DNA from: Methanomassiliicoccaceae archaeon
GTDB lineage: Archaea > Thermoplasmatota > Thermoplasmata > Methanomassiliicoccales > Methanomassiliicoccaceae
Direction of reading: 5' to 3'
DNA length: 64,000 nt
Assembly: GCA_040776945.1 (NCBI GenBank)
Contig: JAXGZN010000002.1
Location: 288,001-352,000 of the forward strand
Shown one piece after another: positions 51,836-63,142 of the stretch. The position numbers and the translations under genes were made by a program. Numbering within the stretch: position 1 is the stretch's first letter; each line of letters starts with the position of its first letter. The notes under the pieces were generated by a model. That model did not search any database and had not been told where the DNA came from. It worked only from the letters and a program-made list of their open reading frames with translations.

Positions 51836-52480
51836 TCAGCTCGAGAATGGATCGATGATGCGGTCCAGGAGCATCTGGGATGCCTGAGCTTGGGCCTTCC
51901 TCTTGGAGGGCCCCCGGCCCATGAAGCCCACGCCCTCGATTTCCAGGCCATGGAAGAACACCCGCTCTCCGTCGATGACCTCTTCGTACGCCACGACCCT
52001 GGGCTGTAGCGGGCTCCCGTCGAACGCCTCCCGGATGATGGCGATCGGATCGGGATCGTTCTGCGCGCGCTCCAGTCTCTCGTCGGTAAACACCGCTTCC
52101 TCCATGAAGCCCTTGGCAATCTCGTAGCCCGACCTCTCGAGCACCGCGCCGATGACCGCTTCCATGGTCCCGGCCACCATCTCGTCCTCCAGCCTGCCGT
52201 CCCTGGGCGGCACGAAACGTACCGCCGCGTCAAGCCCAATCGCTCTGCCGGCCTCGCACAGTGTATCTTCGCATCGCAGGATGTCAAAGATCCTCGTCAG
52301 CTGCTCCCTCTTTCCCCAGAACCGGTGGTACAGCAGATCGGCGAGAGCAAGGTCCATCGCTCCGCCTCCGAGGAACCTCAGGCGCTGGTAGTAATCGTCA
52401 CCGAAAGAGGGGTGGACAGTGGCGCGGCCCCAGAGGTCTCCGGCGGCCGCGCGCATGCGGTCAATGACGTTCTCGCTCAT
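51836..52480 (-). CDS. RNase III-like protein with dsRBD, catalytic residues degenerate (copy B)
   Basis: QRLRFLGGGAM, VAGTMEAVIGA, GRGPSKRKAQAQA; shares DRMRAAAGDLWGRA with copy A. Confidence 0.85.
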   Translation of the reverse strand: MSENVIDRMRAAAGDLWGRATVHPSFGDDYYQRLRFLGGGAMDLALADLLYHRFWGKREQLTRIFDILRCEDTLCEAGRAIGLDAAVRFVPPRDGRLEDEMVAGTMEAVIGAVLERSGYEIAKGFMEEAVFTDERLERAQNDPDPIAIIREAFDGSPLQPRVVAYEEVIDGERVFFHGLEIEGVGFMGRGPSKRKAQAQASQMLLDRIIDPFSS

Positions 52481-52699
52481 AGAGGCCGTGCAATAAATTA
52501 TCGTTTATAATGGATATTGATATGATAATCGATTCTGGTTCTGAGGAAGGCGACGAGGCGGTCCGGTCCAGAAAGGGACGGAAGGACCGGATGAGGATGG
52601 GAGGGGCCACATTGGGGCCGCTATCGCCATCATCGGCATGGCGCCCCGGACCGGTTGCCCGGCGGGGCACGGACGCGGCCCTATCTGTTGAGCGCCTCC

Positions 52700-53119
52700 T
52701 CAGCAGGCTCCCGCAACGATCTCCTTCAGGTTCTCCTGGGACGCCACGTACAGCTGGGCGGCATGGACGACGTCCGCGTCCATCTCGAGGCCATCATCGA
52801 GCGCGAAACGCATCTCGAACGGGAGGACCACCTCGTTCTTCCGAATGATGATCTGCGGCTTGGAGACAAGCCGGTACCCGAAATAGCCGACGCACTTGCC
52901 ACCGGACAGGATCCCGATGACCTTGAGGCCCTGGTCCAGGAAATCGAAGACCTGGTCGTCATGCTCCAGCACAACGCTCTGCCACTCAGGGTCGTCCTGG
53001 TAGATGGGATCGTACCTCGCCAGCCTGCTGGCGATATCAAGGCAGGTCTCGCCCTGCCCTCCAGTCAAAAGGCGCTCGTACACGTTGGGAATGCCCGGAC
53101 CCGCGATGATGCCGTTCAT
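52700..53119 (-). CDS. Hypothetical protein (139 aa)
   Basis: GC3-biased ORF with AT-rich promoter at about 53155-53185. Confidence 0.6.
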   Translation of the reverse strand: MNGIIAGPGIPNVYERLLTGGQGETCLDIASRLARYDPIYQDDPEWQSVVLEHDDQVFDFLDQGLKVIGILSGGKCVGYFGYRLVSKPQIIIRKNEVVLPFEMRFALDDGLEMDADVVHAAQLYVASQENLKEIVAGAC

Positions 53120-53387
53120 TTATTCTATGCCCCCGATTTATTTTGGAGCGTCCGATATATAATATTTATTGGAAAATATTTTTTTACTCCGCGTACGGCA
53201 CGCACCTTAATGTTCACCCCACCGCCGGCCGGCGAACAGGCCGCAATATAGGCTGGATGCCGATCTCGTTTTCCAATGTGAGGCCCTTGGGGATGCAAGG
53301 CAAAATGCCGTCAGTGAAAGATATGGTTGAAAAAGGAACGGTCGAGGCCGGAGGGCCCCGACATACGTTGGCAGCGTCCCGATCGGC

Positions 53388-54425
53388 CTATCTGCGGAAC
53401 GCCTTGGTCGCCGTCGCCATCGCTCGGAGGTTGGCGGTAGGCGTTTCAGGCGGCAGCGCGCATCCCGGATGGATCACCTGGAACCCGGCGTCGATGCACC
53501 GCAGCGTGTCGCGCCTCACCTGCTCCGGCGTTCCGAGCATCAGCGGCTCCACGGGTCCAACGTTCCCGATGACCGCTGTCCTGCCAGCGACCTGCTCCAT
53601 GGCCTTGTAGGGATCGACCTTCTGCTCGATGGACAAGGCGATCGCTCCCGTCTGCGCCATCAGGGGCAGGTGCTCGGTGGTATCGCCGCATATGTGGAGG
53701 CAGGCGTTCGCCCCGGCCTCCTCGATCGCCCTCATCTCCACCTTCAGGTACGGCAATGAGTACTCCTCGAACATCTCCGGGGAGATGAGGTCCCCGGAGG
53801 CGGTCGGCTCGCCCGGCATGACCGAATCGCAATCGTCGATGTAGCCCGCCGCCAGCTCGGCCTTGTACGCTTCAGCGCTGTACTCGGCGCAGAACCTGAG
53901 GAGCTTCTTCACCTCGTCCGGTTCCATGGCGATCTGCATCATCAGTTCCTCCGTGCCTATCAGATGTCCGGCGTTGGTGAGCGGACCCCACGAGGTCACC
54001 ATCGTCACCGCGGTGTCCTTACCGGCGAGCTGCCGGGCCCTCTTGAACGCGCTGACGGTGCGGACGACCGCCGGGTGCTTCACATACCTGTCCATGTCCG
54101 GCATCTGATAATCGTCGCCGAGCTTGAACAGCGGCTGCCTGAGATACGGTATGCCCTTGCCCTCCTGATAGTTCACATCGGCGCCCAAGGCCTCAAGGTG
54201 CGTCCACACGGTGAACAGATTAAGGTCCTCGAAGCCGCACATATCGTGCTCCGCCTTCGCCAGCTTGGCCAGCGCATTGCCGTCCTGCCACATTGTTGCC
54301 GGGTCGATGCCCGCGTTCACGATGCCGTCGACGGTGATGGCGCCAGTACAGGTCACTGCCGGCCGTTCCAACACCTCTCTGTTGATGGAGGCTAGATACC
54401 TCTGTCTCTCGGTCATTGCGGCCAT
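53388..54425 (-). CDS. MtaA/CmuA-family methylcobamide:CoM methyltransferase (URO-D fold)
   Basis: EALGA.V, GPLT.A, 'EPTASGDLISPEMF', Zn ligands LHICG and PGC; GAGG RBS. Confidence 0.88.
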   Translation of the reverse strand: MAAMTERQRYLASINREVLERPAVTCTGAITVDGIVNAGIDPATMWQDGNALAKLAKAEHDMCGFEDLNLFTVWTHLEALGADVNYQEGKGIPYLRQPLFKLGDDYQMPDMDRYVKHPAVVRTVSAFKRARQLAGKDTAVTMVTSWGPLTNAGHLIGTEELMMQIAMEPDEVKKLLRFCAEYSAEAYKAELAAGYIDDCDSVMPGEPTASGDLISPEMFEEYSLPYLKVEMRAIEEAGANACLHICGDTTEHLPLMAQTGAIALSIEQKVDPYKAMEQVAGRTAVIGNVGPVEPLMLGTPEQVRRDTLRCIDAGFQVIHPGCALPPETPTANLRAMATATKAFRR

Positions 54426-54594
54426 ATCCTCACCTATAACTCATATTAACAATTGTTTTCCATTTATCTATATCTTTTCCTCTCGGCCGATCGGACTGAG
54501 ACCACAACGCCGCATGCATCGCGCCTGCCAGGGGTGTTCAAGAGACGGCGTGCCGTCTCAGAACGCATGGTTCGATGCTTGGCCGGGCAATCTC

Positions 54595-55713
54595 TCATCC
54601 GTTGATCGTGAAGTAGAACGTCGTCCCCTTCCCGATCTCCGACTCGAACCACACGTGTCCGCCGTGCCTCTCCACGATCTTCTTGACCGTGGCCAGCCCC
54701 ATGCCCGTTCCCGGGTACTCATCCTGGGAGTGCAGGCGGGAGAACATCTTGAACAGCTTGTCCGCGTACTTCGGATCGATGCCGATGCCATTGTCCTTCA
54801 CGGAGAATCGCCACCCCTCCTCATCGCTTACGGCCGATAGATGCACGGCGGGCGGCTCCGGACCGTGGAACTTCAGAGCGTTGGCCACGAGATTCTGGAG
54901 AACCTGCACCATCTGCGAACGGTTTGCGTTCACCGTCGGCAGCGGATCGCTGGATATGGCCGCGCCCAGCTCGAGCACGGTGGCGCCAAGGCTCTCCTTT
55001 ACCTGTTCCAGGACCTCATTCATGTTCACAGGCCCGCTTTCAACGCGCCCCTGGTCGATGCTCGAGTACCGCAGCAGGTCGTCGATCAGACTGGCCATGT
55101 GCAGAGAGCCTCGGACGGCATGGGCGATGTACTCCTCGGCCTTCTGGTCCAGGACCTTGCCTCTGTACTTCTGCTGTAAAAGCTGCAGAAAAGCGGAGAC
55201 GGTGTTCAGGGGTGATTTCAGATCATGGGAGGCGAGATGAGCGAAATTAGTTAGGTCCTCGTTAGAGCGGTTGAGCGCCCTGACGTTCTCCTCCAGTCTC
55301 CGGTTGAGGTCCTCAAGCTCCAGCCTGGTCCTCTCCAAGTTCTCGTTGTTACGTTTCAGCTCGCCGTTCAGCCGTCCGAGCTTGACGGTCTGTCCGACGA
55401 TGTAGGATCCCAGGATGGTGGACGTGATCAGCGCCAAGATCGTGAACGCGAGGTCCGATGCGCTGTAGGCGCCGATGCCTGATCGCGCGAGGTAGAACCC
55501 GGCGATGGACAGGGCAACCGTGAGCAACCCCATCAGCAGGACGTGGGACCTCTTTATTCCATAAAAGGAGACGATCATTATCGGCACAATGTAAAGGACC
55601 GGGTCCGGGGCGCCCTGCGGCATCGTAATGTCGAACAGGAATATGGGGATGCACAAGAGGAACGAGAGGAAGACGACAATGGAACGAAACCGCTCCCCGG
55701 TCAGCTTCGACAT
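54595..55713 (-). CDS. Membrane-bound sensor histidine kinase
   Basis: 4 N-terminal TM segments, coiled coil, FAHLASHDLKSPL, HATPase_c. Confidence 0.9.
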   Translation of the reverse strand: MSKLTGERFRSIVVFLSFLLCIPIFLFDITMPQGAPDPVLYIVPIMIVSFYGIKRSHVLLMGLLTVALSIAGFYLARSGIGAYSASDLAFTILALITSTILGSYIVGQTVKLGRLNGELKRNNENLERTRLELEDLNRRLEENVRALNRSNEDLTNFAHLASHDLKSPLNTVSAFLQLLQQKYRGKVLDQKAEEYIAHAVRGSLHMASLIDDLLRYSSIDQGRVESGPVNMNEVLEQVKESLGATVLELGAAISSDPLPTVNANRSQMVQVLQNLVANALKFHGPEPPAVHLSAVSDEEGWRFSVKDNGIGIDPKYADKLFKMFSRLHSQDEYPGTGMGLATVKKIVERHGGHVWFESEIGKGTTFYFTING

Positions 55714-55820
55714 CGTTCTGTGAAGGGAAGTAAGTGCTTATCTACTATCGCGTAGGCCGGTCCGCGATGTGCAAAGAAATCGCTGCCACATCGCCCTCCC
55801 GCCTTGCCTGGCGAGCAGGC

Positions 55821-58108
55821 TCATGATGGAACGGTGAAGTGGAACGTCGTGCCCTCGCCCGGCACGCTCTCGAACCATATGCGCCGCCGTGCCTCTCCAC
55901 GATCCTCTTCGCTATGGCCAGCCCCATTCCGGTACCTGGATACTCGTCCCTGGTGTGCAGCCGGGAGAACATCTTGAACAGGCGGTCGGCGTGCTTCATG
56001 TCGATGCCAATGCCGTTATCGCGCACAGAGAAGACGATCTCGCCATCGACATTGCGGGACGATATCTCCACTCTGGGCGGCCGCTCGGAGTGGAACTTGA
56101 CGGCGTTCGAGAGGAGGTTCTGCATCAGGTGGATTAGCTGCGCCCGGTCGCCGTTGACCGTCGGCAGTTCGTTGACTACGATCTCCACGCCGCTCTCCGC
56201 GATCGACGAGCGTAGGACGCGAAGCGCCCTGTCCGCCACCTCGTTCATGTCCACCGGAGCGAAGCTCTGGCCCGCGGTGCCTACACGGGAGGACTCCGGC
56301 AGGTCGTCTATCAGCTCCCTCATTCGCGCCGTGCCGTCCAGAATCAGCCTGAGGTGTTCCCGCCCCCGTTCGTCCAGATTGCAGGACGCATCCCTCGCCA
56401 GCAGGTCGGCGAAGAAGGAGGCGGTCCGCAGCGGCTCCTGGAGGTCGTGAGAGGCCACGTAGGCGAACTGCTGCAGCTCCTCGTTGGAGCGCTCGAGCTT
56501 CTCGTTCGCTTTCCGAAGCGCTTCATTGTACTGCATGCTCTCGGTGACATCCCGGACCACTCCGCTACTCAAGACCCTTCCGTCGGCCGCCCGGATCACC
56601 GTGAACCGGTCGGACAGCCAACGGTAGCCTCCGTCTGTGGCCATGAACCGGTAGATCACGCTGCCCCTTCCGGCGGCGATGGAGCGCTCGAGCTCCGCGG
56701 CGACAGTCCCGCGATCATCGGGATGGATCCGTTCCAGCAGTTGGTGCATGCTCAAGGACATCATCTCCGCCACCGTCAGGCCGAGCATCTGCTCGATGAC
56801 CGGGCTCATGTAGTCATAGCGGTCGACAGCGAGGTCGCGCCGATATACGGCGTCCGCCGAGCTCTCCACGACCGCCCGGAGACGCTCCTCGCTGTCCTTT
56901 AACGCATCCTCCTGCCGCTTCCGCTCGGTGATGTCCTCATAGGTGCCGAGGACGCCGATGATCCTGCCGTTCGGATCGCGCAGCGGCAGCTTGCTGGTCC
57001 TCAGGACCAACCGCCCCCCGTCGGCCTGCACCTGCGGCTCCTCGTAGCTAAGCTTGGGAACGCCGGTCCTGATGATCTCGCGGTCGTCCGCCCGGTAGAT
57101 GTCCGCCGATGCCTTCCAAGCAAGGTCCAGATCGCTCTTGCCCACGATGTCCTCAGGGTCCGAGAGGCCCGCCTGCCTGGCGGCCACCCGGTTGCATCCC
57201 AGGTAGTTCAGCTCCAAGTCCTTCCAGAACACCGGGAGGGGCACTGTGTCCAGCACCTGCTTCAGCATAGATCGGGAGCGCAGGGCGGCCTCCTCCGCCC
57301 TCTTCCGCCCGGTGACGTCGTGGCCCACCACCAGCGCCCCCACCGGCCGCCCTTCCTCCATGTCGAAACGCATCTTCAGGGCGGCATCTATCCTTCCGCC
57401 GTCCTTTCTGATGACCACGTAATCCGCGGAACTCTCTATGTTCTCACCGGAGAGCGCCCTCTTGACCCGCTCCTTGAACCTTCTTCCGCTCTCCTCGTCC
57501 AGCAGGTCGATGGCGCTCATGGAGAGAAGTTCGTCCCGAGAATAGCCGGTCAGCTCGCTCATCGCGTCATTCACGCTCTTGAGCCTGCCGTCCCGGAAGT
57601 CGATCTCATAGATGGCCGTCGGGGCATGCTCCAGCAGGAGCTTGTACCGCGCCTCGCTCTCCCTGAGCGCATCCTCCATGCGCTTCCGTTCGGTCACGTC
57701 CCTCGATATGACGCCAACCTTCCCCGGACCGAACCTGAAGATGATGCTCTCGAAGCAGCGGTCGATCCGGGGATTGTACACCTCCCGTCTCTCCCCCTCT
57801 CCCGTTCTCTCGACCCGGCCGTAAGCATCGAAGAACCCCTGCCCCAAGGTGGCCCTCAGTTCCGTAATCTGCTCCCCGATCCTCTCGCGGGCCTCGTGCC
57901 CCAAGAGCCTCTCCGTCGCCAGGTTGGTTTCACGGAGGATGACGTCCACCACAGTGCCGCCCGCGTCCCTCAACAGCTCGAAGATGAAGAACGGGTCCAT
58001 CATGTGCTCGTAGAAAGGATGGTACCTATCCCTCAGCTCATGCTCGTCCTCCGGCGCCCCATTTCCTTTGCCGGCCTGCTCCTTCTCTTGGTAGTTCACA
58101 AGCCGCAT
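55821..58108 (-). pseudogene. Multi-PAS histidine kinase with 1-nt frameshift near the C-terminus
   Basis: After RHGG (about 55884) the canonical 'RIWFESVPGEGTTFHFTVPS*' continues in another frame, ending at 55821. Confidence 0.85.
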
Positions 58109-59451
58109 CCCCTTGGAGTCGATGGCCTAAACGGACCTTATTGGACGGAACGGCCCCGCATCCACCGCAATATCGATTTACGATGTAATAATCACATTGC
58201 TCGGACCGGTTTGAGTACCGCCGTCCTGCAGGTGCCCCCCCATCCTTCCCTTGACCGCCCCCGGCAATGGGGGCCGCCCCCTGGGCGGCCCATGCCGATG
58301 CCTTCACCGTGAGAACGAGAGAGGCCCCGGCCATGCGCGTTCGGCAGGAATGGGGCACGGGGACAAAGGTCCGCGGGCCGGCTGGGCTAAGGAATTGAGG
58401 GACGACCCCTCGCCTGACAGGGAATCTCCGCCCAGGCCGGCAAAACCTATTCAGCTTACAAGATATAAAGAAGTTCATGTCCGGGGAACAAAAAGTGGCC
58501 AAGGATGCCCGTTCCGAAATTTTGCGGCCTGCTGCCGCATGACCTTGGGATCATTTAGGCGCGATAGCTTGGAGGAGGCTTGGCATCCCCGGCCGATGAG
58601 GGTCCGTGAACGCTCCAAGTATTAGAACCCTGGGCCGTTCAGGGACGACAAGGGGTCCGCAAGACCGAGCATCGGGCGGGCCGGTGCGAGAAGATGGCCA
58701 AGGAACGGGCATCGACGGACCGGCAACTTGAGCGATGATCGGCCCCGGCCCGAAGGGAGGCGGAGAAGGCATCGGCCATCATCTTGCCGAGCGGCGGCCC
58801 GATCTCCCCTTCAGATCGGTACTGAGGTCCCTCAAGCCCGGCGAAGGGGAGGCGGGCGCCGAAGGTCTGAACCGACAATGCAATGCGCACCTCGGCAGCA
58901 GGTGCCGACAACGGTCCACGCGCCTTTACCGAGGTCCCGCCGGCCAGACTGTCCGGGGCCAGGAGCGCCCGACAAGGGGGGGGCCTTAGAAGCAGGATGC
59001 CGCTTCCTTTTTTCTCTTGACCTCTCAGCGCAATGTACCATGGAGAGGAGATGGAATGGGAACCTCGAAGCTTGGCGGACCGCTCATCACCATAACCGCG
59101 CGGGTGATGGCCGTGGTGTTGATAGCCATAGTGGCCACGTTCCTCGGGCTGTCCCGCTTCGGGAAGGAGCGGGTCCGCCTCGACAGGCGCTTCCCCGCGG
59201 TGCGCGCAGATCCGCTCGAGCGCCCGATGCTTCGCGCAGAGGCCCGGACCGGGCAGGCGGCCGCGCACAAGCGCCGCATCGCCAGGCCGTCGAGCCTGAC
59301 GACAGGCGTTCCCGGGACAGGTCAGTGCGTACAGGGGGCATCGGTCCCCGCCGAGCGCTTCCTGCCCACTGGTCCCAGCGGCCGTTCGCATATTATCAAG
59401 AAATTAATAAAAAAATATAATTATAGAGCGGTCCTATCCATAATCGATCGG

Positions 59452-60261
59452 ATGCCATCGAAAGAACTGCTGGGCCGGGCCGGGGTGGCCTCGGAGTGGA
59501 TCGAGAGCAAGGACGTGCTCCTGGACATAGGGTGCAATGACGGCCTGTTCCTTTCGCAAGCGGCGCCGAGGTGCCGCCTGGCATGGGGTGTGGACATCGA
59601 CCATGAACTGCTCGGCAAAGCAAGCGCGATGTACCCCGCCATCAGGTTCCAATACGCCTCCGCGGACCGCCTGCCGTTCCCTGACGCCTCGTTCTCCGTG
59701 ATATCCATGCTCGACGTTCTCGAGCACCTGCCGGACACCAAGGCCGCCATGATGGAGGTCAACAGGGTCCTTTGCCCGGGAGGCCGGCTGATAATCTCCG
59801 TGCCCCACAAGGGCACCTTCGGCTTCGTGGACGCCCAGCGCTCGACCATGTTCGCCGCCGGGCGGAGGGTCCGCCTGGGCAAAATGGACGAGGTGCTGGA
59901 GCACCGCCACTACGTGCTGCAGGAGGTCTCCGAGATCCTCGGCCCCGGATACAAGGTGGAGCGCCTTCGATACGGCGGCTTCCTGCTGTTCCCGCTTTGC
60001 GGGTTCGCCCTTATGTTCACCGACGGCCTGGGGATGAAGAGGGCATCGCGCATCCTCCGCGTCGTAGAGGACAAGGACTTCAACATCGATTACGGGACGA
60101 GGAGCTGGCACCTTATGGTCGAGTACCGCAAGGCCGGCGAGTACCAAGCCCCGTCGCCGTTCCGCGGCTCGCCCATCGCAGCGAGCTCCTCCGACGCCCT
60201 GACGACCAGGGACAGCCGCCGTGCGGCCGCCGGGAAGAGGAATGCCCCCGACGGCGGATGA
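59452..60261 (+). CDS. Class I SAM-dependent methyltransferase (Methyltransf_11)
   Basis: LLDIGCNDG, LPFPDASF, VLEHL, RVLCPGG; TATA tract at about 59415-59425. Confidence 0.85.
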   Translation: MPSKELLGRAGVASEWIESKDVLLDIGCNDGLFLSQAAPRCRLAWGVDIDHELLGKASAMYPAIRFQYASADRLPFPDASFSVISMLDVLEHLPDTKAAMMEVNRVLCPGGRLIISVPHKGTFGFVDAQRSTMFAAGRRVRLGKMDEVLEHRHYVLQEVSEILGPGYKVERLRYGGFLLFPLCGFALMFTDGLGMKRASRILRVVEDKDFNIDYGTRSWHLMVEYRKAGEYQAPSPFRGSPIAASSSDALTTRDSRRAAAGKRNAPDGG

Positions 60262-60461
60262 GGCCCGGACGGAAAACGGCCTACGAACGAAGGCAGGGAC
60301 GGTTCCTCGGGAGAGCGGATGAGGCCAACTTACGCGCGCATGGAGCGAGGCGCTCGAACCTCATGCGGGGGCAACGGTCGGCTGTTCCGGCCACTCGACG
60401 CGGCGCCTGGCCGCGGCCCGTTACGGGAACCGGTCAAGACGCTGTGGCTTTGGTTCGGTGG

Positions 60462-61376
<915 letters not shown>

Positions 61377-61697
61377 GATAGCGGACCAGGGGAGAGGATG
61401 AGCATCCATCATAAAAATAGAACGGTCCGGAAATATCGGGGACGGGGGCGCTCGGTCATGAGTCGCATGCCTCCGAACCCAGGATGGGCCTCCCGGGCCG
61501 GAGAACGGCGGTGAAGCCGCCCGTCCAGCAATGCCGGGGCCCCTGCGCCGAACCCCCTTGCTCAAGATCGACCTCAATGAACGAGGGGCGCCCCCTATCA
61601 GGTCGGCCGACGGTCCCGCCCCGATCGCGCCGGCCAGGTTATGAGGCCGCCTAGGACAACCATTAAGGCGGCCAGCGTGGATTCTTGGCCGAGGGAC

Positions 61698-62150
61698 ATG
61701 AGGCCTGTGGACCTAAGCCACTGTTACGGCTGCGGAGCGGAGAACCCCAAAGGGTTCCATCTCAAGAAAGCCTACGCGGGCGACCGGTCCCGCATCGAGT
61801 TCGATGTGCTCCCGGAGCACAGCAGCTACCCGGGGCTGATGCACGGCGGCGTGACCTGCGTCCTCATGGACGAGGCCATGTACCATGCCGTCGCCCGCCT
61901 GGGCATCGAGGCGGTGACCACCTCCCTGACCGTCGAGTTCAAGAGCCCGGCCCTGGTGGGACAGCATCTGGTATGCGAGGCATGGGTGGTGGAGAGGGAG
62001 GGAAAGCGCATCGAGGTGCGGGCGGCATTGGTCGAGGCGGGGAGCGGCGCCGCCATCGCCGACGGCCGAGGGTCGTTCCAAGAGATCGACCTGGACAGAT
62101 TCATGCGCAAGCATTCCCCCGGCACGGACGCCCCGCCCGGCCGTGCATGA
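61698..62150 (+). CDS. PaaI family hotdog-fold thioesterase
   Basis: CYGCG.ENP.G, HGG....MDE. Confidence 0.88.
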   Translation: MRPVDLSHCYGCGAENPKGFHLKKAYAGDRSRIEFDVLPEHSSYPGLMHGGVTCVLMDEAMYHAVARLGIEAVTTSLTVEFKSPALVGQHLVCEAWVVEREGKRIEVRAALVEAGSGAAIADGRGSFQEIDLDRFMRKHSPGTDAPPGRA

Positions 62151-62255
62151 ACCTCGTTGCCGGCCTCGTCCACCGTTCCGGCACGGCCGCGCGTCCGCCG
62201 TCAAGCAGCTCTCCCGAGGACCAACGTTCCTGGGACGGGGGAGGCGCGACAGGGC

Positions 62256-62864
62256 TCAGCGCCCCGTCCGCATCCTGACGCGTTCGATATCGTGAGCCTG
62301 TGCAAAGTGCCCTTTCAGCTCGCTGTTGAGCGCGTCCTCGTCACTGGCGGCCATCGGGGCCTTGCACACGGGGCACAGGAACGCCGGCCCCCGCTCGCCC
62401 TCCGGACCGACCCTCGGATACCTCCACTGCCTTACCTGTTCGAAGAGCGGACCTACGTCCGCCGGCCCGGGCTCGCACATGGTCGAGGAGAACGTCCTGG
62501 TAACGCACTCCTCCCTGCTCTCGCCGGCCGCGGGCCTCCTGAGCTTGGTGACCGATTCGATCTCCCTCTCCGAGGCCGAAGATACCTCCGCCGCTCCCCG
62601 TCCGGAGAAGGCCGCCACCTCCCTCTCCTCCACGGTCTCCCCGCTACGAGGGTACTTGAGCCGCGCCACCTCCTCCACCAGCGCTCCGGTCCCTGCGGCA
62701 TAGGCCTCGGCCCGCTCCCCGCTGAGGGTCCTGACCTCCCGCTCCTCCTCCGTTTCCCGCCCGAAGAGGTCATGCTCCTCGTCCAAATGCTCCCTTAACC
62801 TGGCGCTCAGGACATCGACCCTTCCGCTCACGACCTCGCCGCATATTGGACATTTGACATCCAA
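62256..62864 (-). CDS. Protein with two C2H2-type (DUF1059-like) zinc fingers flanking acidic repeats
   Basis: CPICG...HLDEEH and CPVC...HFAQAH; repeated E(T/S)xEERE(V) and YPR units. Confidence 0.7.
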   Translation of the reverse strand: MDVKCPICGEVVSGRVDVLSARLREHLDEEHDLFGRETEEEREVRTLSGERAEAYAAGTGALVEEVARLKYPRSGETVEEREVAAFSGRGAAEVSSASEREIESVTKLRRPAAGESREECVTRTFSSTMCEPGPADVGPLFEQVRQWRYPRVGPEGERGPAFLCPVCKAPMAASDEDALNSELKGHFAQAHDIERVRMRTGR

Positions 62865-63142
62865 GACCGATCACCGGCGGTCCTCTTCCTAGAGGATATA
62901 TAGGATGGTTGGGTCCGCGGCCCGCGGAGGGCCGCGCCCTTTTTCGATGGGTTCATTAACCATCGGATGGAGAACGTACTAATTTACCGGCCCCATCGTT
63001 CCAAGCCCCGCTCAACGGGCAGGCGGCAGCGCGCGTTCCGTCCGGAGGCCTGTCGCTGCCGCCCCCTTCCCCGCCGGCCCGGCCGCAAGATGCGGGGGCA
63101 GCAGCGTCCCCGGGAAAAGTCCATCTTCCGAACGAGGAGGCC

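Noticed and set aside
51682-51858. Small Cys-containing ORF between GH15 and RNase III copy B
   Set aside because: Short, overlaps the 3' end of copy B, and has an incomplete metal motif
58110-59050. Long GC-rich intergenic region with hairpins as a candidate ncRNA
   Set aside because: No recognisable tRNA, SRP or RNase P features; short hairpins are expected at this GC content
59017-60261. 414-aa TM-methyltransferase fusion ORF
   Set aside because: It reads through an AT-rich TATA tract (59391-59425). The methyltransferase likely starts at 59452, and the upstream hydrophobic peptide from 59056 is unsupported
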